From IMG/VR virus record IMGVR_UViG_3300045988_148972: a stretch of DNA of 64,000 nucleotides. One strand, written 5' to 3'. Under the pieces are notes generated by a model. That model was not told where the DNA came from and did no database searches. It saw only the letters and a program-made list of their open reading frames with translations. Source of the DNA: a virus. Made by a program: the position numbers and the translations under genes. This document shows positions 53,611-62,015 of the stretch, one piece after another. Positions within the stretch are counted from its first letter, which is position 1; each line of letters starts with the position of its first letter.

Positions 53611-54216
53611 ATGAAAGAAGAAGAAAAGCTACTGTTACTGGAAGATATTTCAGCCAGATTACCGTTCGGATTGGCGTTTATCACTAAACAAGGAATGATT
53701 GAAATGGACGTTATAAACTTAGCCGACAGATATAAGGTATGGGCTTATAAGAAAAGAGACAAGAATGGTAACGAAATTGGCCTGAATGCCGAAACATTAA
53801 AAGGAGAAAGATGTCTAGGGAAAGGGTTCAGATTGGGAGATATAAAACCGATACTCTATCCGCTGTCTTCAATCACAGAAGAAATCTTTGTTAACGGCTC
53901 GGGAATCTGCCCGATGAAGTATCTGGCAGAAGCATTCGATTTCGACGGGTATATGGGCCTTTATACCACCTGGAATTTCGACGAAGAAAGAGGATGCGTG
54001 GAGTTCTTTGCCTGGGGATGTAAGGTGTGCGAAATGAGCTTGCAGAGCTTCTTTATTACACCGGAAGAAGGGAAGCATAACAGCACTCAATTGGGCCTTC
54101 GTAATTTCCAGCAAGTCTTTCACGTGCTGCATCAGTGTCACATCGACTACCGCAACCTGATCGCACAAGGGCTGGCCGTTTCAGCTTTAGTTTTGGATAA
54201 TAACCCTTATAAATAA
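53611..54216 (+). CDS. Hypothetical protein
   Basis: Trimmed to the ATG at 53611 (MKEEEKLLLL). Confidence 0.6.
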   Translation: MKEEEKLLLLEDISARLPFGLAFITKQGMIEMDVINLADRYKVWAYKKRDKNGNEIGLNAETLKGERCLGKGFRLGDIKPILYPLSSITEEIFVNGSGICPMKYLAEAFDFDGYMGLYTTWNFDEERGCVEFFAWGCKVCEMSLQSFFITPEEGKHNSTQLGLRNFQQVFHVLHQCHIDYRNLIAQGLAVSALVLDNNPYK

Positions 54217-54223
54217 AATAGCC

Positions 54224-54613
54224 ATGTTTAGACCGGAAGAATATGTGACACACGATGTTGCAAAGCTTTTAAAAGGAATAGGGTTTAATGAACCTGTGCA
54301 TTCCCAATATACTAAGACAGGGACAGCATGGGTGTGCCAGGAACCCGAAAACTTCAACGAATCGCTTGATTGTTGTTGTTCCAGACCAACTTTATACGAA
54401 GCTCAGAGATGGTTACGTGAAAATTATAATATTCATTTAGACATAAAGATTATTTGTTTTCACGCTCCTACAAGAAAATCTGATTTTATCTGTGATATTC
54501 ACTCTTTAAATTCAAAGGAATACAGAGAAACTAAGGTATATCAAAGTTATGAAAAAGTGCTGAATGAAGGAATCCGTGAATCATGTAAACTGATTAAAGA
54601 AAGAAGATTATGA
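54224..54613 (+). CDS. Hypothetical protein, paralog of 57707..58111
   Basis: Shared blocks are VAKLLKGIGF / VAKLLQDKGY, PTLYEAQRWLRE / PTLYAAQKWVR and YEKVLNEGIRES / FEKALNDGIKES. Confidence 0.65.
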   Translation: MFRPEEYVTHDVAKLLKGIGFNEPVHSQYTKTGTAWVCQEPENFNESLDCCCSRPTLYEAQRWLRENYNIHLDIKIICFHAPTRKSDFICDIHSLNSKEYRETKVYQSYEKVLNEGIRESCKLIKERRL

Positions 54614-54939
54614 AAAAAATACCATTTATAGCAATTGTATCTGTTGTATTAATGTTATTGGCCGGCATTGTTACATTTTCCAACCAGCGTGAAGTAATGT
54701 CCACTGTGAACCGGATTGAGAAAATAGAAAATGTAACCTCAAGTGAAGGTAATACGACTACCGAGGTTTATTATCTCCTTTTCACATCCGGAGGGACCAT
54801 GAGAATAAGCATAAACGGTTTCTTATCCCATCCTGAACTACTCGGTAGGATTAAGGTAGACAGCACTTATACGTTCCGAACCATGGGATTGGAATTGCCT
54901 TTTGCGGGATTTTATCCGAATGTGGTATCCGTAAAATAA
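54610..54939 (+). CDS. Membrane-anchored hypothetical protein
   Basis: N-terminal TM segment IPFIAIVSVVLMLLAGIVTF. Confidence 0.6.
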   Translation: MKKIPFIAIVSVVLMLLAGIVTFSNQREVMSTVNRIEKIENVTSSEGNTTTEVYYLLFTSGGTMRISINGFLSHPELLGRIKVDSTYTFRTMGLELPFAGFYPNVVSVK

Positions 54940-54940
54940 T

Positions 54941-55183
54941 ATGGCTATGACAGCAGAAGAGTTTTTGAAAAAGCAAGCAATGTATGAATTTATAAACGGG
55001 GTTAGTCATCCACCTGTAGAAATAGTCACATACGATATAGCTTTAGCTGCATTGCAATTAAAAGAATATGAAGTTATCACCGATAAGGAACGAAAAGGAT
55101 GGGTATGCCCGGTATGTAGTAGGGCCTATGCTCCGAGTGTATCTGAATGTACTGAATGTAATAAAAATAGAGAATCAACATGA
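54941..55183 (+). CDS. Zinc-ribbon protein, paralog of 6587..6862
   Basis: GWVCPVCSRAYAPSVSECTEC. Confidence 0.6.
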   Translation: MAMTAEEFLKKQAMYEFINGVSHPPVEIVTYDIALAALQLKEYEVITDKERKGWVCPVCSRAYAPSVSECTECNKNREST

Positions 55184-55407
55184 TTAAGCTATACAGAGCA
55201 GACCAGATGCACCCGTCCTCGTCGGTAGTGTCGCTATCAAGCCTGCAAAAGACTGTCAGGAAGAGCAGAGAAGTAACAGATAGACTAATTCAGCAGCTGA
55301 TTGATACTGGCTACATCCCGGAAGAAAAGAAGCCCGAACTTCTGTCTGTCTTCGACAAAGAAATGACCGAGTACACAAAACTCAAAACAAAGAAGAAAAA
55401 AGCATGA
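55180..55407 (+). CDS. Hypothetical protein
   Basis: ORF track, 75 aa. Confidence 0.5.
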   Translation: MIKLYRADQMHPSSSVVSLSSLQKTVRKSREVTDRLIQQLIDTGYIPEEKKPELLSVFDKEMTEYTKLKTKKKKA

Positions 55408-55685
55408 ACGAAATGGAGAAAGAAGAAAAACAAAGAGAGCATGTTGATATGCAGGATGCCTTTGACGCATTGATGGTCGGCCTTCTGACAAACGTAAAAG
55501 AACGGCAACCTGACCCGAACGAGGAGGTTATCTGCCGTATGGTGTCAAACGGAGCATTCGTAAGCGGATACATCTACCAGGAAGACGGGAAATACAAAGT
55601 GGCCACTTCTCCCGATTTTCATTTTGAGGACTACGGAGATTATGAATGTGACTACTGGTTCCCGAAGCCTAAACTAAATGAATAA
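55404..55685 (+). CDS. Hypothetical protein
   Basis: ORF track, 93 aa. Confidence 0.55.
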   Translation: MNEMEKEEKQREHVDMQDAFDALMVGLLTNVKERQPDPNEEVICRMVSNGAFVSGYIYQEDGKYKVATSPDFHFEDYGDYECDYWFPKPKLNE

Positions 55686-55688
55686 GTT

Positions 55689-56318
55689 ATGGATAAGGAA
55701 GAATATATACACCAATACGTCACGAACCTGTTTAACGAACGGATTAAGGATTCAGGAAGCGATGAAAATATACACTTCTCCATTGACGACATAATAAAAG
55801 CAATGTGGACTTCATGGGATGCGTCGTCTTTCTACCAATGGAAAAGCGTACAAGCGTCACTTCCTCCGAAAGGACAATGCGTGAACGTCATGCTGGAAGA
55901 CGGGAGATACACCAATTCCTTCATCATGTCAGACGGAACATGGGCCTACAATGTAAGGCCAATCGCATGGAGCGAAATAAAACGGCCGATATTATACCAT
56001 AAACCAATGATTGAACTTAAATACCCAGGTATGAAAACGAAAAACATTATCTACACCGGTCCGATAGCCGATTATTACGGAAGAGAGTTGCCATCTATTC
56101 TTTGCGTAAACCACATACATAGATTAAACAATAGGGTACAAGGGAAAGATGATTCCTGCGACAGACCGATGATTATTATCAACCTGGAGACAAAAACTGC
56201 ATGGATAGAGTACGTTGACGAAGAATGTTCCCAGTACGATAGCTTGGAGAACAAGTTTACCTGCGACCTTCAGGAAGTGGAACGTATGATTGAAGAAAGT
56301 CAGGAAAGTAAAGAATAA
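55689..56318 (+). CDS. Hypothetical protein
   Basis: ORF track, 209 aa. Confidence 0.65.
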   Translation: MDKEEYIHQYVTNLFNERIKDSGSDENIHFSIDDIIKAMWTSWDASSFYQWKSVQASLPPKGQCVNVMLEDGRYTNSFIMSDGTWAYNVRPIAWSEIKRPILYHKPMIELKYPGMKTKNIIYTGPIADYYGRELPSILCVNHIHRLNNRVQGKDDSCDRPMIIINLETKTAWIEYVDEECSQYDSLENKFTCDLQEVERMIEESQESKE

Positions 56319-56335
56319 TCTAAAGCTAAGGACTC

Positions 56336-56656
56336 ATGAAAACAGAATATCTTGATGAATTATACCCTCATCAGTTAAAAAAACAATTATCACAGCTTGG
56401 AGTTGAATTGACGGAAGACCAGTATAGAATACTTGTTAATCGCGGGAGAACATTTCTGTATGCTCCAAGGGATAGGAAGAAGAGCAAATCAAACATATTA
56501 TGCAGAATGACAATATTATTCTACATAATATGGGCTGTTTTTGTCAGACTTGTTATCCAACCTATCAAATGGTTGTTTACTGGAACCGAGTATTTTAGCA
56601 TGGACAACCCTATTTATAAATTCACGGTTGGATGGGGACGTAAAATTGGATTCTAA
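56336..56656 (+). CDS. Hypothetical protein with one TM segment
   Basis: ORF track. Hydrophobic segment MTILFYIIWAVFVRLVI. Confidence 0.55.
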   Translation: MKTEYLDELYPHQLKKQLSQLGVELTEDQYRILVNRGRTFLYAPRDRKKSKSNILCRMTILFYIIWAVFVRLVIQPIKWLFTGTEYFSMDNPIYKFTVGWGRKIGF

Positions 56657-56668
56657 AAACATACGACT

Positions 56669-56893
56669 ATGAAGAAAGCATTACCTGATGTAAAAGAGAA
56701 TACTCCTTCGCCAGAGGAAAAAGAGAAAACTGTTCATCTTCACTTTGAAGGAGATTTCACTCTAAGGGATGGTAAGGTATTTGTCAGCAAGCTACAGACT
56801 AGCGAGTTGCCAATTACATTGTGGACAGACCTATTCCGAGCTATAAACGATGTATTAAAAAAAAGATTTATAAACCATGTATATCGACGATAA
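56669..56893 (+). CDS. Hypothetical protein
   Basis: ORF track, 74 aa. Confidence 0.5.
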   Translation: MKKALPDVKENTPSPEEKEKTVHLHFEGDFTLRDGKVFVSKLQTSELPITLWTDLFRAINDVLKKRFINHVYRR

Positions 56894-56932
56894 AAAAGCA
56901 GTTGTATTCGTACCTAAGACGAGTACGAAAAG

Positions 56933-57355
56933 ATGAAAGAGCTGGCCAACGCCAACGCAGAAGAGATAGAGAAACGCGCCCTCGAAATGTGGGAGACTAA
57001 AGCAATTCCATGTCTTAAAGTTTCCATGGAGATACGAAGCAGCGGAGGACGTGATATTCTGGATTCAGAAGAGTTTGAGTTCAGGACAGATTCATACCTG
57101 CTAAACCCTTCAGGTAAGTTCACTATCAAAGAAGAAGCCAGACAAAGATTTGATAAGATTCTTACTGACTGGGCACGTCACATGATGGAGCTTCAGTTTG
57201 GCGAGCACATGACGAAAATCAATTATATCAACGAACGATGCCACAAGGCAGATATATTGTGGAAGAGAATGCTAATACCGGCCATTTGTGCAGGGATTGT
57301 CGCCTTCGTTATGTTTGTCTGCTTAATATGGGTTTTACTGTCTAAATTCAATTAA
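56933..57355 (+). CDS. Hypothetical protein with C-terminal TM anchor
   Basis: C-terminal segment IPAICAGIVAFVMFVCLIWVLL. Confidence 0.6.
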   Translation: MKELANANAEEIEKRALEMWETKAIPCLKVSMEIRSSGGRDILDSEEFEFRTDSYLLNPSGKFTIKEEARQRFDKILTDWARHMMELQFGEHMTKINYINERCHKADILWKRMLIPAICAGIVAFVMFVCLIWVLLSKFN

Positions 57356-57369
57356 ATCAAGTTATAGCA

Positions 57370-57702
57370 ATGGCTGAGATACGAATCCACGAAAGCCGGA
57401 AGTCAAAACTAAAATGGAAGGATATTCCTAAATTTAAGGACAGTTACTGTTGGCCGGTAGTTCAGGTACAGGAGCATGAAGGTAGCCTTCACTTTAAGTT
57501 TTCCGGTGGCTCCAAATACTCTCCAAATACTTACTTTACCATTGAAGATTACCGGAAATATACGGCTTTGGAGATATTCAATATCCTCGTCAATATAGGT
57601 TTCTATACACGGCACAGCCACGATGCAGTATTGAAATTCTACCACGATAGAGGACTGGATTTAGGTTTTACAAGAAACTTTTTAAAATCATTAAAAGCAT
57701 AG
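57370..57702 (+). CDS. Hypothetical protein
   Basis: ORF track, 110 aa. Confidence 0.6.
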   Translation: MAEIRIHESRKSKLKWKDIPKFKDSYCWPVVQVQEHEGSLHFKFSGGSKYSPNTYFTIEDYRKYTALEIFNILVNIGFYTRHSHDAVLKFYHDRGLDLGFTRNFLKSLKA

Positions 57703-57706
57703 CACC

Positions 57707-58111
57707 ATGTCAACAGAACGAAATATGAAAAATGAAAACTTTGTCACTTTTGAGGTAGCTAAGCTTCTTCAGGACAAAGGATATAGAGAAGACTGTCATG
57801 CCAGTTACAGGACAGACGAAACAGGCCGGTCGGAACTGACCGTAGTGTTTGGGGTGAGGGAGTTCCGTTATCTTTCAAGACATGTAAACGGATTTCAGTA
57901 CGAATACCTGGCTCCCACGCTGTATGCTGCGCAGAAATGGGTACGTATAAAGGGGAAAATCCACATCGTTGTCGAGCTAAACAAACACGGATGGTACTAT
58001 CGCCTGTACGACACAGAGGATTTGTCTCTCATATCGCAGATGGACGGATATGCCGACACATTCGAGAAAGCTTTGAACGACGGGATAAAAGAGTCATTAA
58101 CTTACTTATAA
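57707..58111 (+). CDS. Hypothetical protein, paralog of 54224..54613
   Basis: See 54224..54613. Confidence 0.65.
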   Translation: MSTERNMKNENFVTFEVAKLLQDKGYREDCHASYRTDETGRSELTVVFGVREFRYLSRHVNGFQYEYLAPTLYAAQKWVRIKGKIHIVVELNKHGWYYRLYDTEDLSLISQMDGYADTFEKALNDGIKESLTYL

Positions 58112-58228
58112 GAATCAGACTATGTTTACACAACCTTGTTTTATCCGGAAGAACACACCGGAACTGCGGAAAAAGCTTCAGGAACTGGGGCAATCAAAAG
58201 ACTGAACGATTCTAAAAACGAATAGCCT

Positions 58229-58405
58229 ATGCCAACCACAATCAAACGAATAGTGAGCGTACTTTACCGGGCACGCACCAATAAATACGAGGTGCAGGCT
58301 GTGGCCGAAAAGAATGGCCGACCATGTGTTATCACGCTGTATTATAGAAATGAAAAAGAAGCAAGAAAACTAAAGAAAGGAGACGTAATAGATGGAAACA
58401 ACTGA
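58229..58405 (+). CDS. Small hypothetical protein (58 aa)
   Basis: Below the ORF-track cutoff. Hand translation is MPTTIKRIVSVLYRARTNKYEVQAVAEKNGRPCVITLYYRNEKEARKLKKGDVIDGNN. Overlaps the next start by 14 nt. Confidence 0.4.
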   Translation: MPTTIKRIVSVLYRARTNKYEVQAVAEKNGRPCVITLYYRNEKEARKLKKGDVIDGNN

Positions 58406-59000
58406 AACAATAGAACTAAACAAACTGCGAGATGAAGCCTACCAAAACGCAGTAGAACACGGTTGGCACGATAAGGATTTGAGTGACGAGCATTTCCTTT
58501 GTCTGGTCATTAGCGAGCTGATGGAAGCTGTGCAGGCCGAAAGAAAAGGGAAACGGTCCGATGTGGCAAAGTTTAATGAATGGCAAGGAAATAATATCCC
58601 ATTTAGCGAAGAAACCCGAGTAAGAAGATTTCAGGAAGATTTTGAAGCGTATATAAAAGATAGTGTGGAAGATGAACTTTCCGATGTCTGCATCCGTATG
58701 CTTGACCTGGCAGGTTTGCTGGGAGTTAGTTTCTTAGGGGTAAAATTCCCGCTTGAGATAAAGGAAGAGATATACAAAGATAAAAGCCAGAATACTTTTA
58801 CAGAGTGGTGCTACAATCTGACAAGATTTATCGCATCGTATAATGAGTGTCATATTACCACTCTTCAATTCTTTGTAAACATATTACAAGAAGTGTTTAT
58901 TATGTCCAAAATCAAAGGATTCGACCTCCTCTGGCACATCGAACAAAAAATGAAGTATAACCGCACCCGTCCACGCATGCACGGGAACAACAAATTTTAA
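58392..59000 (+). CDS. MazG-like nucleoside triphosphate pyrophosphohydrolase (all-alpha NTP-PPase)
   Basis: AYQNAVEHGWHD...LVISELMEAVQAERKG...VEDELSDVCIRMLDLAG...KMKYNRTR fits the MazG/dimeric dUTPase-like helix pattern with EExxE/D metal ligands. Confidence 0.6.
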   Translation: METTETIELNKLRDEAYQNAVEHGWHDKDLSDEHFLCLVISELMEAVQAERKGKRSDVAKFNEWQGNNIPFSEETRVRRFQEDFEAYIKDSVEDELSDVCIRMLDLAGLLGVSFLGVKFPLEIKEEIYKDKSQNTFTEWCYNLTRFIASYNECHITTLQFFVNILQEVFIMSKIKGFDLLWHIEQKMKYNRTRPRMHGNNKF

Positions 59001-59002
59001 TT

Positions 59003-59398
59003 ATGAATACCGCAGACTTAATAATCAGCATCGTTTTTGTTTGCATAAACTCCACCGCGCTATTCCTGATTTACCGGTCCATATCGCGATGGATGACCCG
59101 AAACGAGAAGAAAATAGACAACCTGGAGCACGCCGTTCTCAAAATTGACGACTACATAAAATACAGCTCTCACACCATTGATACCGTTTACATCTACGCA
59201 TTGAACAGGCTAATCGAACAGTATATAAAAGATGAAAAATACGAAGTGGCCGATCTCGTCAAGAAGGACCTCCAATTGGTGCAAGCTAACGTATTAAAGG
59301 AGATGAAACGTCGCATGGAGGAGGCAGAAAAAAAACTCTATGAAGACATTATTAACAAAGAATATAATCAGAAGAAAGGAGAAACGAAAGAAGAGTGA
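59003..59398 (+). CDS. Membrane-anchored coiled-coil protein
   Basis: N-terminal TM segment LIISIVFVCINSTALFLIY. Last gene of the rightward block. Confidence 0.6.
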   Translation: MNTADLIISIVFVCINSTALFLIYRSISRWMTRNEKKIDNLEHAVLKIDDYIKYSSHTIDTVYIYALNRLIEQYIKDEKYEVADLVKKDLQLVQANVLKEMKRRMEEAEKKLYEDIINKEYNQKKGETKEE

Positions 59399-59572
59399 TT
59401 TTTAGTGCTTTATAAACGAGGATTGTAAAATAAGTTTTATATACAGGTTGAATTAAAACGCTAATTAATCACAATCTGATTCATTTTTAAGAAGACGTAG
59501 GAGTGTATGTAATCGCACTTTTATGCCTTTTTTCTGTCAACAAAAGTCGTATTTCGTCACATAAATTCCAAA

Positions 59573-59647
59573 CTGGCGTAGTATCGCCACTGTGGCTGCG
59601 CTTAATAGGCACTTTTTTCGCGTAGTTACGCTATTTGAGTGGCGTAG
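59573..59647. repeat. Second locus of the GTGGCG-N6-CGCCAC element
   Basis: TGGCGTAGTATCGCCACT at 59574-59591 is identical to 3231-3248. The block 59574-59608 is 29/35 identical to 3231-3265. CGTAGTTACG at 59621-59630 is the reverse complement of CGTAACTACG at 3300-3309. A partial site GTGGCGTAG sits at 59639-59647. Confidence 0.75.
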
Positions 59648-59738
59648 GCACGAAACTTTCAGAAAAATCATTCCGACACAAAGAGAAAATCGCTTAGAAA
59701 ATCAATTTAGTATCAAATATTACAAGTTTTACACACCC

Positions 59739-59833
59739 TTTGCAAAACATTTTGCAATTTGATAATCAGTTAGTTAAGTATCATTTGTAAGCAATTTTGC
59801 AAAGCTTGCGAAGTGTTGGCGAAATTTTTGCAA
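59739..59833. repeat. Cluster of palindromic TTGCAA (TTTTGCAA) sites, left of the GC-rich core
   Basis: TTGCAA at 59739, 59752, 59797 and 59828, each preceded by T-runs. Confidence 0.6.
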
Positions 59834-59995
59834 TGAATAACTATCTGATAATCAATTAAAAGTATTGTACTTTTTGATATTTTGCCGATTTTTCACGAAA
59901 AACGAGTTTACAAAATCTTTAAAATAAAAATTTTCGTAGGGTGGAGAAGGGTGTACATCAGTCGAATCATTTCTTCTTGTGAGCGCCCGAATGGG

Positions 59996-60099
59996 GAAGG
60001 AATCCGAAGGGAAACCTGAAAGAACGAAAGGAGGGAAAGGTCGGCCTGCGGAACGCGGGACGACAAAGCACGTCTTTCCCCTTTCGTTCTACTTCCTTT
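59996..60099 (+). other. GC/purine-rich nested stem-loop element (candidate structured ncRNA or origin cruciform)
   Basis: The outer stem pairs GAAGGAA (59996-60002) with TTCCTTT (60093-60099). A long stem pairs AGAACGAAAGGAGGGAAAG (60021-60039) with CTTTCCCCTTTCGTTCT (60074-60090). The inner hairpin is GTCG-G-CCTGCG-GAA-CGCGGG-A-CGAC (60040-60064). There is no ORF on either strand. Confidence 0.5.
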
Positions 60100-60301
60100 A
60101 TATCCAATTTCATCGTGTAACAGAGAGAGCTACGCAATAGACATAAAAGAAAAAGCTGGACAGCCTGAAATCTGTTCTTTACCGAAAAAAATACGTTTTC
60201 TTCACTTCAAAATTAATGAACAATCGGCAATAACTCTTTATTTATTATTTATTTTCACTATAAATAATTGATAATTAAATAAATAAGTATTGAGAATTGT
60301 T

Positions 60302-60328
60302 TTGCAAGAAAATTGCACAGCTTTGCAA
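60302..60328. repeat. Cluster of TTGCAA sites, right of the GC-rich core
   Basis: TTGCAA at 60302 and 60323, with the half-site ATTGCA at 60312. Confidence 0.5.
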
Positions 60329-60447
60329 AATCGTGAAAAACACGCAAAATAAGGTCCCAGGCGCTTAACCTTTTTTTGTTGAATGAAATTCCGATTGGTG
60401 TTTAATCGTCCGTAACTTGCTGTTGATTAATTGATTTACATATATTT

Positions 60448-61095
60448 ATGAAAAGCCACAGCACAAAAAAGAATGTATCTGCACCTCCGGTAATGTATGT
60501 CAAGCTTAGTATATATCTCCGCAAATACATGGAAAGCAGATATGGTAAAGATGTATTGATTATTCCGTTCATGAGCCCTATTTATACATGTATGGAGCAG
60601 TATTTGGTCAACAATTACAGTATGGTCAAGATAAGTCCCAGAGCATGCTCACAGCGTATGTTCAACTATAACGGCACATCGGATTTATTTGAAAGAAGTG
60701 GTATTTGTGTAATGGACACCGCTGAAAAACAGGAATATATTGCCGTACAGATACCCGAAAGAGTGTTTAAGGGTGGATTGATTGTGAAGACTTCAGATAA
60801 CTGGCAGCTAAGCAATACCGGGTTTGTAGAGTTCAACAAACTGGTGAAGCGTGAGTTCTGGATGGAATGTATGACGTTTGTAGACGAATGTTTCACTTCT
60901 GCACGAATCCAGGGATTGCGTACCACACGAGAAAATGCTATATCCGATTTTATGGTGGCCATGGATATACCGATGCAGTACTATGAGAACATGATCAGGT
61001 ATTACAATCGGATGATAAACCGTATTCATTCCGACATTGAAAAAAAGAGAGAATGGCTTGAAAGCTTAAATGATACCGCACTCACCTATACATAA
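60448..61095 (+). CDS. Hypothetical protein, first gene of the head block
   Basis: ORF track, 215 aa. No motif recognised. Confidence 0.65.
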   Translation: MKSHSTKKNVSAPPVMYVKLSIYLRKYMESRYGKDVLIIPFMSPIYTCMEQYLVNNYSMVKISPRACSQRMFNYNGTSDLFERSGICVMDTAEKQEYIAVQIPERVFKGGLIVKTSDNWQLSNTGFVEFNKLVKREFWMECMTFVDECFTSARIQGLRTTRENAISDFMVAMDIPMQYYENMIRYYNRMINRIHSDIEKKREWLESLNDTALTYT

Positions 61096-61145
61096 ACAGA
61101 AATTAATACATGAATAACCCGAAATAATAGTTAAAAAACAAGAGA

Positions 61146-61170
61146 TTTTGTCCTCCTGTTTGTCCTTCGC
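61146..61170 (+). promoter_or_regulatory. Degenerate half-copies of the late cassette (TTTTGTCCTCCT + TTTGTCCTTCG) without a -7 box
   Basis: The sequence ATTTTGTCCTCCTGTTTGTCCTTCGC has no TAnnTTTG at the 26-nt position. Confidence 0.3.
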
Positions 61171-61200
61171 TATTTTTAAACAAAAAACAACACATAAATC

Positions 61201-61641
61201 ATGAATTGCAGCGAGAATTATTACGAGTTGATAGGCAGCATTGAAGCTTATCCGGACGACGCGGTTACGTTTTCCCGCCCGTTCAATATTGAGAAGAAAA
61301 GTGACAAACCTGATTTTTCTGTGTCGGGCGACCGTAAGATTTCCATTCAGATGAAACCGAAATCGGGGAGCCTGAAGGAGAGCGCGGAAACCAGCGTGGC
61401 CGGCGATTCTTACGAAGTGACGGTGAGTTGGGAGGTAGAGATGGTGACGCAGGAAACCTATTTACAGCTTGAAACGCTGAAAAACAGCACTAACCATTTG
61501 ATTGTAAGAACATTTTGCGACGGTGAAATGTTTGTGCGTGCCGTGAGCGACGGTTATGAATTTCAGTATGAGGAAGGCGACGGCGTGATTTCGTGCACAC
61601 TCACCATCCGCAACGTGACCGGAGCACAGCGTGTGGTCTGA
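61201..61641 (+). CDS. Hypothetical head-module protein
   Basis: ORF track, 146 aa. Confidence 0.65.
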   Translation: MNCSENYYELIGSIEAYPDDAVTFSRPFNIEKKSDKPDFSVSGDRKISIQMKPKSGSLKESAETSVAGDSYEVTVSWEVEMVTQETYLQLETLKNSTNHLIVRTFCDGEMFVRAVSDGYEFQYEEGDGVISCTLTIRNVTGAQRVV

Positions 61642-61684
61642 CATCTACACCTTATTATATATATTGCTTTTTTCTTTCCGTTGG

Positions 61685-61725
61685 AATGCCGTTCCTGCAT
61701 ACGTGTGTGGAGCGGCATTTTTTCT
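61685..61725 (+). terminator. Intrinsic terminator
   Basis: AATGCCGTTCC-loop(13)-GGAGCGGCATT stem followed by T6. Confidence 0.6.
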
Positions 61726-61944
61726 TTGGGCCTTTCTTTTTGTGCGCGTTTTTCTTTCATCCTGCAGGTAAATCTTCATTATCGTCTTTGTGGCATTCTT
61801 CAATTTCTTTGCGTCCGCCGCAAATTTCTTTTTTTCGCACAAACTTCGTGTGTTTTACAACATGCTCATTCTTAGCAGGTTTTTATTTGCAGAGAAAATC
61901 CGCTTGAGCATCCGCATATTTCTGTAATTCACGCATTTAGTCAT

Positions 61945-61986
61945 TTTTTGTGTCCTTCATTACCGCATTTCGCGTGCGTAATTTCG
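61945..61986 (+). promoter_or_regulatory. Phage late-type promoter cassette (variant with TG insertion)
   Basis: TTTTTG-TG-TCCTTCA at 61945-61959. TAATTTCG at 61979-61986 lies exactly 26 nt after the start of TCCTTCA. ATG at 62016. Confidence 0.5.
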
Positions 61987-62015
61987 TGATGTAATCAATT
62001 AATTATCAAACGAAA

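Noticed and set aside
59996-60099. GC-rich core as a retron msr/msd, a tRNA-derived attP core, or a tRNA gene
   Set aside because: There is no RT gene adjacent (the only RT belongs to the DGR, 33 kb away), no cloverleaf or T-loop GTTCGAATC-type sequence, and no integrase in the window. It is kept only as an unclassified structured element.
61563-61907. Short ORFs 61563..61760 (-), 61645..61842 (-), 61593..61907 (+) and 61681..61875 (+)
   Set aside because: They overlap a terminator and a T/C-rich non-coding spacer upstream of the protease promoter cassette. They are low-complexity translations that overlap each other.
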